In this document: in pieces, positions 1 through 8,857 of the stretch
Numbering within the stretch: the first letter of the stretch is position 1
Layout: the number at the start of each line of letters is the position of its first letter
Virus record (IMG/VR): IMGVR_UViG_3300045988_114753
Source: a virus
Reading direction: 5' to 3' (one strand)
DNA: 64,000 nucleotides
Program-made: the position numbers and the translations under genes
The notes under the pieces: model-generated
The model's database searches: none
Told to the model about the DNA's origin: nothing
The model's input: only the letters and a program-made list of their open reading frames with translations

Positions 1-466
1 TAGGGTCTTTCTCTCTACGTTCTTTAGCAACCTCCTTTTCAGCCTTTCCAGTATAATCAGTAAAGACAACATACATTTTATCAAATATATCTTTTGTCTT
101 AGCAATAACTTGTACAATATTATCTGGTATATCTCTAGGATAATTTTCCAATTCAATAATTTTAACTACATTTTTAGAAATGTTATCAATATAATCTTCA
201 ATATCATCTCTATACACAAATGAATTAATACCTAAACCAACTACTTGCATCTCTTTTTCAATGTTGTCTGCTAAAAATCTTAACTTTTCAATAACACGCT
301 TTTGACCAGTTATGCTATATTTTTCTACTAATAGTAAATAACCATTATAAAGGTCTTTTAAATCTTTGTCTGTTACTGTTTGTTTCTTTTCTTTTAAATA
401 ATTAAAATATTGAGTAGCATTTAGTTCTTCAACGTTGACTTCGGTTATCTTCTTTTTGCTTGTCAT
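1..466 (-). CDS. hypothetical protein, N-terminal part only (C-terminus runs off the left window edge)
   Basis: Open - strand frame from ATG at 466 to the window edge. ATGA overlap (463-466) with the stop of the radical SAM gene suggests translational coupling. Confidence 0.6.
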   Translation of the reverse strand, partial: MTSKKKITEVNVEELNATQYFNYLKEKKQTVTDKDLKDLYNGYLLLVEKYSITGQKRVIEKLRFLADNIEKEMQVVGLGINSFVYRDDIEDYIDNISKNVVKIIELENYPRDIPDNIVQVIAKTKDIFDKMYVVFTDYTGKAEKEVAKERREKDP

Positions 467-1359
467 TTATTTTCACTTCCTTTTATTATTTTGAACATAT
501 CATCAATATTGCTTAATAGTGGATAACGTTCAACGGATGTAGATGTCTTTGCAAATTGTTTGTTTACTAAATCAACATACATCGTATGTGTGCCGTCATC
601 CCCTTGATAAAACTTATTCCATTGCTCATCTGTTAATACATCTTTAACAGCTAATTGTTCTATCGCTAAGTTATCAAATGATATAACTTTAAATTTCCCC
701 ATTAAACTAGATAAATTATTTTTTAACCAATCTATTTGTACTTGGATGATTGCACTCGCTTTTTCTAGTAAATCGTGTCCTCGTCCAAAGTCTTTATACC
801 CTAATATTAATATTTTTACACCTTTATTTGCGAAATAATCAAACACATCTCCACCGTGAATACCAGCAATAAGATGAACCACTAAATTTGGATTATTTTT
901 TATTGCATTATCCCAAAATTCGTCATCAAATGATGTGAATGAGACACCTAAACCATAAATTAATTTTTCATTTACCAATTTGTTAATTAATTCTAAATGT
1001 CCTTTAAACTCTTTTTGATTGACCGTAATACTAGGTATGACACCTCTTGCCTTTAATTTTTCTAAAAAAGGAATAAGGTCTGGATGACCTGTAACAGCTC
1101 CTCCACCTATTGCCATCTCAGTTCCAGGGCGAAGTTTGTCTATAAATTCAGCATTCATAATATCTCCGTGTTTGCCATCTGGTGTTGATTTTTCGTGACA
1201 CATAGGACATCCAAAAGGACATCTATTAGTGATTTTGCAGTCCATTGACTCTGGGTAATCTGCCTCAAAAAAATCTAAATCATTTTCTCTAATTTTAGTC
1301 CCATCATCAAATATTGTTACAAAATAATTTCCATTTTTATAATGTGCTAATTGTTTCAT
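463..1359 (-). CDS. radical SAM domain protein
   Basis: CxxxCxxC cluster NRC-PFG-C-PM-C (Cys47/51/54), followed by a glycine-rich IGGGAVTGHP motif. No C-terminal SPASM-like Cys cluster. Confidence 0.7.
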   Translation of the reverse strand: MKQLAHYKNGNYFVTIFDDGTKIRENDLDFFEADYPESMDCKITNRCPFGCPMCHEKSTPDGKHGDIMNAEFIDKLRPGTEMAIGGGAVTGHPDLIPFLEKLKARGVIPSITVNQKEFKGHLELINKLVNEKLIYGLGVSFTSFDDEFWDNAIKNNPNLVVHLIAGIHGGDVFDYFANKGVKILILGYKDFGRGHDLLEKASAIIQVQIDWLKNNLSSLMGKFKVISFDNLAIEQLAVKDVLTDEQWNKFYQGDDGTHTMYVDLVNKQFAKTSTSVERYPLLSNIDDMFKIIKGSENK

Positions 1360-1377
1360 TTTTATCCCTCCTTATTC

Positions 1378-1746
1378 TTAATAGTCTTGTCCGTAATAAC
1401 CAAAGGCAACTACAGTATCTCCATTTGGTGTATTATATTTATCGACATATGTTTCGTATTCTATATAATCATAGTCGTTAAACTCCTCGTATGTATAATA
1501 TGTCTTATCATCATCATTTAGATATTCTTCAAGTTTATCCTTAAAATCTGGGTCTTCTTTACTAACTCCTGTATTTTCTTTTAGAAATTCCTCTTCCACC
1601 GTTTCTTTAGAAACCAATTCATCATTCCATCTATTCCAATACATCTCACCATTTTTCCATTTTAAGAAATCACTCTCCATACACATTGTTATTGAATGTG
1701 TACTACTACTATTTGTTTCAAATGTTCCTATTCTTATTGTTCTCAT
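1378..1746 (-). CDS. FETNSSSTH-motif family protein, paralog 1 (short form)
   Basis: N-terminus MRTIRIGTFETNSSSTHS is shared with five neighbouring ORFs. The acidic C-terminal part is unrelated to them. Confidence 0.8.
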   Translation of the reverse strand: MRTIRIGTFETNSSSTHSITMCMESDFLKWKNGEMYWNRWNDELVSKETVEEEFLKENTGVSKEDPDFKDKLEEYLNDDDKTYYTYEEFNDYDYIEYETYVDKYNTPNGDTVVAFGYYGQDY

Positions 1747-1747
1747 A

Positions 1748-2107
1748 TTACCACCTATCTCCTCTATAAATACTCATAATAACATTATTACCTAGTTCTT
1801 TTTGCTCTACTTCCGCAAAACTCTCGACATACTCTGCCGATGCGTTATCGTCATCAATTACATAACAATAATCGCTTTCCATAAAACTATATTCGCTTTC
1901 AAAGTGTTGTCCGTCATAATCAACAGACCCATCTTCGTTTCTTACAATTTTTTTATCTTCATCGGTTAAGTCTTGCACTTGCCCAGAATGAAGGTTTAAT
2001 GTCTTTTTATTATTTTGCCACGCTTTATAATCTTCTTTTGATAGAATTACTAATGCGTGAGTACTACTAGAATTAGTCTCAAATGTGCCATATCTTATTG
2101 TCTTCAT
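1748..2107 (-). CDS. FETNSSSTH-motif family protein, paralog 2 (short form)
   Basis: N-terminus MKTIRYGTFETNSSSTHA. Only 1 nt separates it from the next gene. Confidence 0.8.
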   Translation of the reverse strand: MKTIRYGTFETNSSSTHALVILSKEDYKAWQNNKKTLNLHSGQVQDLTDEDKKIVRNEDGSVDYDGQHFESEYSFMESDYCYVIDDDNASAEYVESFAEVEQKELGNNVIMSIYRGDRW

Positions 2108-2109
2108 TA

Positions 2110-2619
2110 TTAATCCCTCCCAAACTCTATAACGGTATCTTCTCTTAATACTTCGTCTAATAAATTACGGTCGTGATTTACCAAATCTTCTAGTAACTCA
2201 TCTAAATTAGAACATATTATTTGGTGATTAATATTTACTATATCTTCTAAATCACTATATGTGTCACCATCTTCATCAGTCCATCTGTTAATTTTATATT
2301 CTTTTGGTAACACTACTTTCTTTCCATACCTTGACATCACGAAATCAGCAATTCGCTTAAAATCAAATGACTTTTCCACTTGTTCTTTTAGGTCGTCATA
2401 ATCATATACATCCCATTTGTATCTATTTATAATTTGTGATACCAAATATGATACTTTTTCTTTTAGAGTAGATAAAACTCTACAATCGTCAGTATCTATA
2501 AACTCTACAACTAATGTATCGCTAGGTGATAAATAATCACTATGGTCTCCTTTGGTAACACTAAGTGCGTGTGTACTGCTACTATTTGTTTCAAAAATTC
2601 TATTTCTAATTATTTTCAT
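2110..2619 (-). CDS. FETNSSSTH-motif family protein, paralog 3
   Basis: N-terminus MKIIRNRIFETNSSSTHA. Second shared motif LKEKVSY. GGAGG lies 9 nt upstream of the ATG. Confidence 0.8.
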   Translation of the reverse strand: MKIIRNRIFETNSSSTHALSVTKGDHSDYLSPSDTLVVEFIDTDDCRVLSTLKEKVSYLVSQIINRYKWDVYDYDDLKEQVEKSFDFKRIADFVMSRYGKKVVLPKEYKINRWTDEDGDTYSDLEDIVNINHQIICSNLDELLEDLVNHDRNLLDEVLREDTVIEFGRD

Positions 2620-2806
2620 TTTCTGATGCCTCCTTAAAATTATTTTTTATATATTCTTCTGGGGTTATATCCTCATCTGCATTCATTTCATCTGGTTCAT
2701 AGTAACCCTCCCAGTTATCTACACCATTGTTTATAAGTCTAGTTAACTCCCAACTGTCTTCAATTAATTGCTTTAAACTTTTTTCGCTTATTATATAACT
2801 TTTCAT
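2606..2806 (-). CDS. hypothetical acidic protein
   Basis: 66 aa ORF from the track, embedded in the paralog array. Overlaps the downstream gene by 14 nt. Confidence 0.6.
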   Translation of the reverse strand: MKSYIISEKSLKQLIEDSWELTRLINNGVDNWEGYYEPDEMNADEDITPEEYIKNNFKEASENENN

Positions 2807-2809
2807 ATT

Positions 2810-3595
2810 TTAATTTCCTTTCAAATAAACATCGTTATTTTTTTCGTACTCTTTTAATTTCTTCCAGAAATCACTATTGTCATACGGATACTCTTTACAA
2901 TATCTATCCCAATACTCATCTTTTATATGACCGTCTTTATCAAACCAATCTGCTGGTGGCTTTTCCCAATCTTCATTCACACAACATCCCTCACTGTCGT
3001 AGTCATATTCAAAGCCAATAGTTTTTATGTTATAGCCCCTAAACTCATCACCACCAATTGTTATATAACTATCTCTATTAAAAATAAATCTTTTAACAAA
3101 TTCGTCATCAGTTTTTAATCTTGCAACAAAGTCTGTACCGTCTAAACCATTTGCGTGGTCTATGTAATTTCCATATCTTTCCTTTAGTATTAAACAAGTA
3201 TCACTGCCAGTTAAATCCCCATCGTCGCCCTTTCTGTCGATGTAGTTAAATACATCTTGTGGTGTAGGATTATATCTTTTATTAGTTTCTAATTGTTTCC
3301 ATATTGCAATCACTCGCTTTTTAAAGTCGTCAATTTCGTCTTTATTTGTAGCATCTTGTGGTTTCCAATTATCGTCATAATGCGACCATTCATAATTATT
3401 TATCAACATCATATAAGCATACGCTAATTTTTCGTCCCAATTATCACACAAACGGCATTCTTCTCTGCCAAACGCATAATCGTGGTCTAAACTATCATAC
3501 AAGTCATATTCCTCATTATTAGCTTGTTTAGGCACCACAATTGCGTGTGTACTTGAACTATTAGTTTCAAAACTTCCATATCTAATCGTTTTCAT
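2810..3595 (-). CDS. FETNSSSTH-motif family protein, paralog 4 (longest, 261 aa)
   Basis: N-terminus MKTIRYGSFETNSSSTHA. Also carries the motifs DEKLAYAYMM, YIDHANG and ITIGGDEF. Confidence 0.8.
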   Translation of the reverse strand: MKTIRYGSFETNSSSTHAIVVPKQANNEEYDLYDSLDHDYAFGREECRLCDNWDEKLAYAYMMLINNYEWSHYDDNWKPQDATNKDEIDDFKKRVIAIWKQLETNKRYNPTPQDVFNYIDRKGDDGDLTGSDTCLILKERYGNYIDHANGLDGTDFVARLKTDDEFVKRFIFNRDSYITIGGDEFRGYNIKTIGFEYDYDSEGCCVNEDWEKPPADWFDKDGHIKDEYWDRYCKEYPYDNSDFWKKLKEYEKNNDVYLKGN

Positions 3596-3606
3596 CTGTT
3601 ACACAC

Positions 3607-4179
3607 CTATCTTTCCATTCCATAAGGGCATACTTCGTTATTGATAAATACATCTTTGTCAAAAATTATTTCTTTTATCTTGTTTTTGAATTTTTCTTTG
3701 TCTGACACTTGTAATAAATCTTTAATTCCAATACACTCATCATAAGTTGTTTCGTAAAATGGAAACCAATCATTTTCTGGTCGGACATAATCTATCATAG
3801 TGCCAGTTTCTTCTAATACTGCCTCTTGTAACCAAACAAACAAATCTGTTTTTATCATTTTTTCAAATACTTCCTCGTTGTAACCCTTTTCATTTCTTCT
3901 ATCATAATCCCACATATCGTCGTGTGTATCCTCAACAACACTAGCAATCATATTGATTATAAAACTTAATTTTTCTGTTTCGGTACGAAGTGTATCACAA
4001 GCATATTCTTCGTCGCCACCTCCACAATCTCCATATTCTACTACACTCAATAACTTTCCAGTATCTCTAGTTAAATTTCTAGGTATATCATCTTCTCTAG
4101 GTTTTTGATATTTTGAAATTGTAATGCTATGTGTACTACTAGAATTTGTTTCAAAAGTTCCGTATCTAATTGTTTTCAT
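3607..4179 (-). CDS. FETNSSSTH-motif family protein, paralog 5
   Basis: N-terminus MKTIRYGTFETNSSSTHS. Second shared motif TEKLSFIINM. Confidence 0.8.
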   Translation of the reverse strand: MKTIRYGTFETNSSSTHSITISKYQKPREDDIPRNLTRDTGKLLSVVEYGDCGGGDEEYACDTLRTETEKLSFIINMIASVVEDTHDDMWDYDRRNEKGYNEEVFEKMIKTDLFVWLQEAVLEETGTMIDYVRPENDWFPFYETTYDECIGIKDLLQVSDKEKFKNKIKEIIFDKDVFINNEVCPYGMER

Positions 4180-4185
4180 TATTTA

Positions 4186-4416
4186 TCACTCTCCTATTTT
4201 AAAACTAACTTTTTCTACTATTTCACTAAGATAAACAAACCAAGTACCCTCTTTATAATATTCTCTGTTATAACCATATTCATCGTCATGTTTACCTTTA
4301 TATTGCTTATCAATTAAATACACCTTATTTAAAGATATTGGTTCATTTTTTATATCAACTATTGTTGCAATAGTTCCATTAATCAATCTAACTCTATCTT
4401 TAATCTTTAATATCAT
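4186..4416 (-). CDS. hypothetical protein
   Basis: 76 aa ORF from the track in the - strand operon. No motif recognised. Confidence 0.65.
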   Translation of the reverse strand: MILKIKDRVRLINGTIATIVDIKNEPISLNKVYLIDKQYKGKHDDEYGYNREYYKEGTWFVYLSEIVEKVSFKIGE

Positions 4417-4726
4417 TTATACCTCTTTCTAGTTCTAACATTTTATCTAAAATTGCAACGAACCATTCGGTATCTATAAACACATCTTCTGGTATTTCAG
4501 TTTTAATATATTTTTTTAACTCAGCCCAATTATCTTTTAGTTGTTTATTTTCTTGTTGTAATTGTTCAAATTTTTCTTCATCATTTAGCCAATGACTAAT
4601 TTTGGTTTTACCATCAGTGTAAATACCTTTAATATTACCATTATCACTCTTATAAGTATATAGTAATCTAAAACTATTTTTAACCAAATGCCAGTCATTA
4701 CCCTGTAATCTTTGAAATTTTTCCAT
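4400..4726 (-). CDS. hypothetical protein
   Basis: 108 aa ORF from the track. Overlaps the downstream gene by 17 nt. Confidence 0.7.
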   Translation of the reverse strand: MEKFQRLQGNDWHLVKNSFRLLYTYKSDNGNIKGIYTDGKTKISHWLNDEEKFEQLQQENKQLKDNWAELKKYIKTEIPEDVFIDTEWFVAILDKMLELERGINDIKD

Positions 4727-4747
4727 TATCTACACCATTTCTTTCCG

Positions 4748-5176
4748 TTAATTTTGTTGTTCTTGTAACATTTCAATCTCTTGATTTAATTCTTTTATTT
4801 TATCTTTTAGTCTAGCAATTTCTAATTCCATTGCTCCACCATCTAACCAATGATGTAAATACCCCTCATCAAATTCTCTTTTGTCTATTATCGATTGTCC
4901 AAACAAATCACAGGCACTAGATAATAATCGTTGTAACCTACAAGCTTGTTCTTGATTAAGTTTGCTATATTCTTTGTCTTTATATATTTTACTACACAAA
5001 TCTTCGCCATAATAGCAAACCATATCATAACTGATTTCTCTAATCATTTTTAATACTTCTTGTAGTGTTAAGGTGCTAATAACATATTCTAATACCTTAT
5101 TCATTCTATCTAAATTTAATTCTTTTGCGTAAAAATCTTTACGAGGTTGTATGTCTTTTGTAATTTCATTATCCAT
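4748..5176 (-). CDS. hypothetical protein with C-terminal coiled coil
   Basis: ORF track gives 4748-5188. The ATG at 5176 sits 8 nt after GGGTGG and is preferred over the GTG at 5188. Confidence 0.7.
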   Translation of the reverse strand: MDNEITKDIQPRKDFYAKELNLDRMNKVLEYVISTLTLQEVLKMIREISYDMVCYYGEDLCSKIYKDKEYSKLNQEQACRLQRLLSSACDLFGQSIIDKREFDEGYLHHWLDGGAMELEIARLKDKIKELNQEIEMLQEQQN

Positions 5177-5603
5177 TATCATTTCCACCCTCTATATAAG
5201 AACTATCACTTAGTAGAAAAGTTAATAATGTATCGTCGTCTTTATATATTTCTTCTATTTCTTCTTGATACCAATCTTCGTGGTCTACATAACCATTTCT
5301 ATATTCTTCATAAGTAGGCAATTCAAAATCAATTCCTAGATTATGCAATCTTTCTTGAATTGGTTTTATTTTGTCTTGCAAGTTCTTTTCATTAAAGTCA
5401 TAGCACACTAGACATCTAATCATATATGCCAACTTTTCTTCTATGGTGTCCCAAGTTTCAAATTGCCAACCAAATTCCCCGTACCAATCTGGGTTGACTG
5501 TTATAGGAAGAATATCATACTTCCCGTTCTTATTTTCGCCAACTGTTATGGAATGTGTAGAACTGCTATTGGTTTCAAATACATTATTTCTTATTTTTTT
5601 CAT
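5169..5603 (-). CDS. FETNSSSTH-motif family protein, paralog 6
   Basis: N-terminus MKKIRNNVFETNSSSTHS. Also carries motifs EEKLAYMIRC, YVDHEDW and IEGGNDNG. AAGGAG lies upstream. Confidence 0.8.
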   Translation of the reverse strand: MKKIRNNVFETNSSSTHSITVGENKNGKYDILPITVNPDWYGEFGWQFETWDTIEEKLAYMIRCLVCYDFNEKNLQDKIKPIQERLHNLGIDFELPTYEEYRNGYVDHEDWYQEEIEEIYKDDDTLLTFLLSDSSYIEGGNDNG

Positions 5604-6009
5604 TCTTCTCTGCTCCTTTGATTATTTCTTTAACATCTGCCTTTATTTGTTTCTCGGCACTCTTTTTAAGTCGCTCAATCTCTTTATCTCTTTTTGATAA
5701 TGTTGATTGTACTTCTTCCAAGGTTTCATTTAAGGCTCTTATTTCCACTTTTAACTCTGCTATTTCTTTCTTTTGTTCCTTTGTTAAATTATAAGTTTCG
5801 CCATACAAATCGTGATAATAAATATATTGGTCAAAGCCTTTTCCTTTTTCTTCTAATAGACTAATGTATTTTTTAACTACATCATCATATTCCCCTTTTA
5901 ACTTTTTATAATCTTCCTTATCGTGTTTTCTTTTCTTTCTTAACTGCTTATTCTCTTCAAGTATAGTGTCCTCGTCCCCTTCTCCAAAAAAATCTTTAAA
6001 TATACTCAT
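5584..6009 (-). CDS. hypothetical Lys/Glu-rich coiled-coil protein
   Basis: 141 aa ORF from the track with heptad-like K/E-rich sequence. Confidence 0.7.
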   Translation of the reverse strand: MSIFKDFFGEGDEDTILEENKQLRKKRKHDKEDYKKLKGEYDDVVKKYISLLEEKGKGFDQYIYYHDLYGETYNLTKEQKKEIAELKVEIRALNETLEEVQSTLSKRDKEIERLKKSAEKQIKADVKEIIKGAEKNEKNKK

Positions 6010-6024
6010 AATATTTCCTCTCTT

Positions 6025-6558
6025 TTATTTTAATAATTTCTTTATTTCTTTTTCTGCAAGCACTTTTCGTTCTTGCGTATCGTCTGCGTCTAAACCAAAT
6101 CTACGATACCTATATTGTTGATTAAGTTTCTTTGTTGTTTTTCGTATTTCCGTTAAAAAGAATGGTCTTTGTGTTTCTATTGCTAATTTATTTCTATGTG
6201 TACTATATGTTTTCTTAATTTCATAATCATTACACAAACCTCTTCTTATTAATCTTTTTTGCTTAATCAACTTAATCATTTTAGCACATTCTTTAGCCGA
6301 CAAATTATTGTTTTCAATATAATGTAGTAAGTCGCTTAACTCCTCATCTACTTGTGATTGTAAATTAGGGAGGTCGTTAAAATAATCATCTATATCTTTT
6401 AACATTTCCTCAACACCTAATATTTGTGAAACAATAGGAGAGAAAGATGTGTCGGTTTCCTCCGTTTCTCCTCCGTTTTGTTCTAATTCTTGTTCTTTCA
6501 TTTGATATGACAATTCTTCCAAACTTATACCAACTTTATCAAGTTCCGTTTCCGTCAT
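6025..6558 (-). CDS. hypothetical protein
   Basis: 177 aa ORF from the track with an acidic N-terminus and a basic C-terminus. Confidence 0.7.
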   Translation of the reverse strand: MTETELDKVGISLEELSYQMKEQELEQNGGETEETDTSFSPIVSQILGVEEMLKDIDDYFNDLPNLQSQVDEELSDLLHYIENNNLSAKECAKMIKLIKQKRLIRRGLCNDYEIKKTYSTHRNKLAIETQRPFFLTEIRKTTKKLNQQYRYRRFGLDADDTQERKVLAEKEIKKLLK

Positions 6559-6569
6559 TCTTATACCTC

Positions 6570-7472
6570 CTAGTCTTCTTCTATATTTCTAAATGCGTCT
6601 TCATTTAACATAGCCATTTTTATTGCGTCCTCTTTAGAGTGAGAATAGTTATTTGTAGTAGCCATATTTGAATGCCCCGCCATATCTCTCACTACTTGTA
6701 TAGGTACTCCTTTATTAAGTTTTCCAGTAATAAAGCCGTGTCTTAATTTGTGTGGGGACATTTCGTCGCTCCAATACAAACCAATTCTACTAGCACAAGT
6801 TTTTAAACTTTTTGAAAAACTTTGCCTTGTCAAAACATTTCCCTCGTCGCCAATAAACAACAAGTCAGTCTTTACTCCAGTTCTTTCCACAATATGTTTC
6901 CTTTTATTGTTAATAAAATCTTTACATATTTTAGCACAAGATGGTGTAAACCATATAGTTCTTTCCTTTCCACCTTTACCCTCAACAACTGCAAAACCTC
7001 TTTCAATATCAGCACAATTAATTTGTATCATTTCTTTAAAACGAACTCCAGTGCATTGCATTACCGATATACCTGCCCTCACTCTTTCATTTGACGACAT
7101 TCTAATCATTTGCTCTGCTATATCTCCGTCTGCATATTTTCTTTCTTTATGTGGTGTCTTTGCAAGAGGTATATTTCCAATTTTTCTATCAACTAATATA
7201 TCTTTTTCAGTTTCAAGATATGAATAAATTTGTTTTATTGCACTTAATTTATTATTTCTAGTAGACGGCTCGTTTCCTTTATCTACTTGTTTAGAAAGCC
7301 AGTCTTTGATAATTTGTGCGTTTACATTTATGAAAGTTTTATAATCTTTAATATTCATTTCTTCACAAAATTCTTTAATATGATTGATATATAAGTCTAC
7401 ACTATTACTATTTCTACCCTCAATGTCAACCTTGTAAGTTTTAAATTCTTTTAGTAAAATTTCCATATTCAT
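6570..7472 (-). CDS. tyrosine recombinase / integrase (XerC/D-like)
   Basis: C-terminal catalytic signature: TGVRFKE (Arg), HKLRHGF (H-x-x-R), GHSNMATTNNYSH (His and Tyr). Start moved to the ATG at 7472, downstream of GGAGG; the track start is 7499. Confidence 0.8.
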   Translation of the reverse strand: MNMEILLKEFKTYKVDIEGRNSNSVDLYINHIKEFCEEMNIKDYKTFINVNAQIIKDWLSKQVDKGNEPSTRNNKLSAIKQIYSYLETEKDILVDRKIGNIPLAKTPHKERKYADGDIAEQMIRMSSNERVRAGISVMQCTGVRFKEMIQINCADIERGFAVVEGKGGKERTIWFTPSCAKICKDFINNKRKHIVERTGVKTDLLFIGDEGNVLTRQSFSKSLKTCASRIGLYWSDEMSPHKLRHGFITGKLNKGVPIQVVRDMAGHSNMATTNNYSHSKEDAIKMAMLNEDAFRNIEED

Positions 7473-7520
7473 ATTTATTTCACCTCCCTCTATCTTCATT
7501 AATAGAATACTATATTTTTA

Positions 7521-7826
7521 TTACTTTGTCAAGTTATATTTGCCAATTTTCTCTAAATCTAATTGATATAGGGGATAAATGCAAAAACCACTAGCCTTGT
7601 ATTCTCCCGTTGGTAGCCCAAAATCATTGTCTACTAAAAAGTCTTCAGCCCAAGAACAATTATTGGTGTCAATATAAGCCATATTTTTTTCCAATAAGTC
7701 CCCAAGGTTGACTGTTATAATAGCCAATGGTGTACCGTCTTCGCATACTAATTCTAGTGCCGTGTTATTATTTGAATAACTCCTTATATTCATTTCTTTA
7801 ATATTATAATTTTTTACTCTTAACAT
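7521..7826 (-). CDS. hypothetical protein
   Basis: 101 aa ORF from the track. Confidence 0.7.
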   Translation of the reverse strand: MLRVKNYNIKEMNIRSYSNNNTALELVCEDGTPLAIITVNLGDLLEKNMAYIDTNNCSWAEDFLVDNDFGLPTGEYKASGFCIYPLYQLDLEKIGKYNLTK

Positions 7827-8017
7827 TATTTTCCCTCCTTAATCAATACAATTTTATAGAAAGTTCCGTCAAAACTAACTTTAACCTCTTTATTTATTAT
7901 TTGCTTTACTGCATCAACTTGCTCTTGAAAGAACACATAAGTATTTCCTTTATCTTTCAATTCTTCAACTGCGTCCTTTACAATACCCCTAAAATAAGCA
8001 TTTTCTTCCTCTAACAT
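7826..8017 (-). CDS. hypothetical protein
   Basis: 63 aa ORF from the track. Shares 1 nt with the downstream start. Confidence 0.6.
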   Translation of the reverse strand: MLEEENAYFRGIVKDAVEELKDKGNTYVFFQEQVDAVKQIINKEVKVSFDGTFYKIVLIKEGK

Positions 8018-8028
8018 AAATTTCCTCC

Positions 8029-8523
8029 TTATTTTATCTTATAATTATCTTTATTTCTAAATTCGCCTTTAATGATACCCTCAATCGTTGTGTGGCTAAC
8101 TCCATACATTTCTGCCAACTTACGATAACTAATTTTAGTTGTAGGGTCATTCTTTTGCAACCTATTTTCTTTTGATTTTAGGTATATTTCTTTAATTTCT
8201 TCCACCTCTTTATCAGTTAATTTAGCTGAACTACTATTTTCGCCTTGCTTAATCATTTTGATTTTAAAAGGTCTTAAATTGTTAATACTGCAATCTTTTT
8301 CTTCTCCGTTAATATGTTGAATAATTATAGTCCTATCGTTGAAATTAAAGTTTTTAAAATTGAAAGCATAATATACAAAACGGGCATAATTCACTACTCT
8401 TTTCTTCTTTTGCTTTCCCCATTTTATAGAGATTTGCTTATTATTATTTAACTCTTTTCCACTTAAACCTATAATTTTACCATTTTCAAAAATTGTATAA
8501 CCCCATAACTCTACTTTCTTCAT
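8029..8523 (-). CDS. HNH homing-endonuclease-like protein with C-terminal HTH
   Basis: HNH_3-like core IIIQHINGEEKDCSINNLRP. C-terminal helix-turn-helix ISYRKLAEMYGVSHTTIEGIIKG. Confidence 0.65.
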   Translation of the reverse strand: MKKVELWGYTIFENGKIIGLSGKELNNNKQISIKWGKQKKKRVVNYARFVYYAFNFKNFNFNDRTIIIQHINGEEKDCSINNLRPFKIKMIKQGENSSSAKLTDKEVEEIKEIYLKSKENRLQKNDPTTKISYRKLAEMYGVSHTTIEGIIKGEFRNKDNYKIK

Positions 8524-8524
8524 A

Positions 8525-8764
8525 CTATTTCCCCTCTATATAATTATTTAATTTATCTATTCCTAGTGTGAATATTGTAGCAAAATCTACATACACACTA
8601 TCTTTGTCTTTCCTATAAAATTTAACTCTTTTCTTATTATTACTTACCTTATAACCCCCAATTTTTTTCATTGCTCTTGCAATAGCCAAGTCTTGTGAAA
8701 TATCTTTACACATTTCATAAAATTCAAACTTTCCATATTTTTTTATAAAATCGGTGTTATTCAT
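8525..8764 (-). CDS. hypothetical protein
   Basis: 79 aa ORF from the track. Confidence 0.65.
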   Translation of the reverse strand: MNNTDFIKKYGKFEFYEMCKDISQDLAIARAMKKIGGYKVSNNKKRVKFYRKDKDSVYVDFATIFTLGIDKLNNYIEGK

Positions 8765-8767
8765 AAG

Positions 8768-8857
8768 TTAATTTCCTCTCTCGTCTTCTTCGTCGTCGTC
8801 CTTTACAATTCCATTTAATAGTCCACTTAAACCCCACATAATTAATAAATCTAACAT
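8768..8857 (-). CDS. possible 29 aa mini-protein (MLDLLIMWGLSGLLNGIVKDDDEEDERGN)
   Basis: Not in the track (under 60 aa). GGAGG lies 7 nt upstream of the ATG. TAATG overlap with the upstream gene, and it fills an otherwise empty 90 nt gap. Confidence 0.4.
   Translation of the reverse strand: MLDLLIMWGLSGLLNGIVKDDDEEDERGN

Noticed and set aside
6748-7227. + strand ORFs 6748-7227 and 6822-7094 inside the integrase gene
   Set aside because: They are antisense to a gene with clear catalytic motifs, and their translations are hydrophobic and low-complexity, typical of AT-rich antisense frames. The same reasoning applies to 2927-3118, 4129-4317, 5443-5697, 9822-10007, 18160-18375, 19154-19345, 21052-21237, 21344-21580, 21964-22152, 23207-23419 and 26830-27015.
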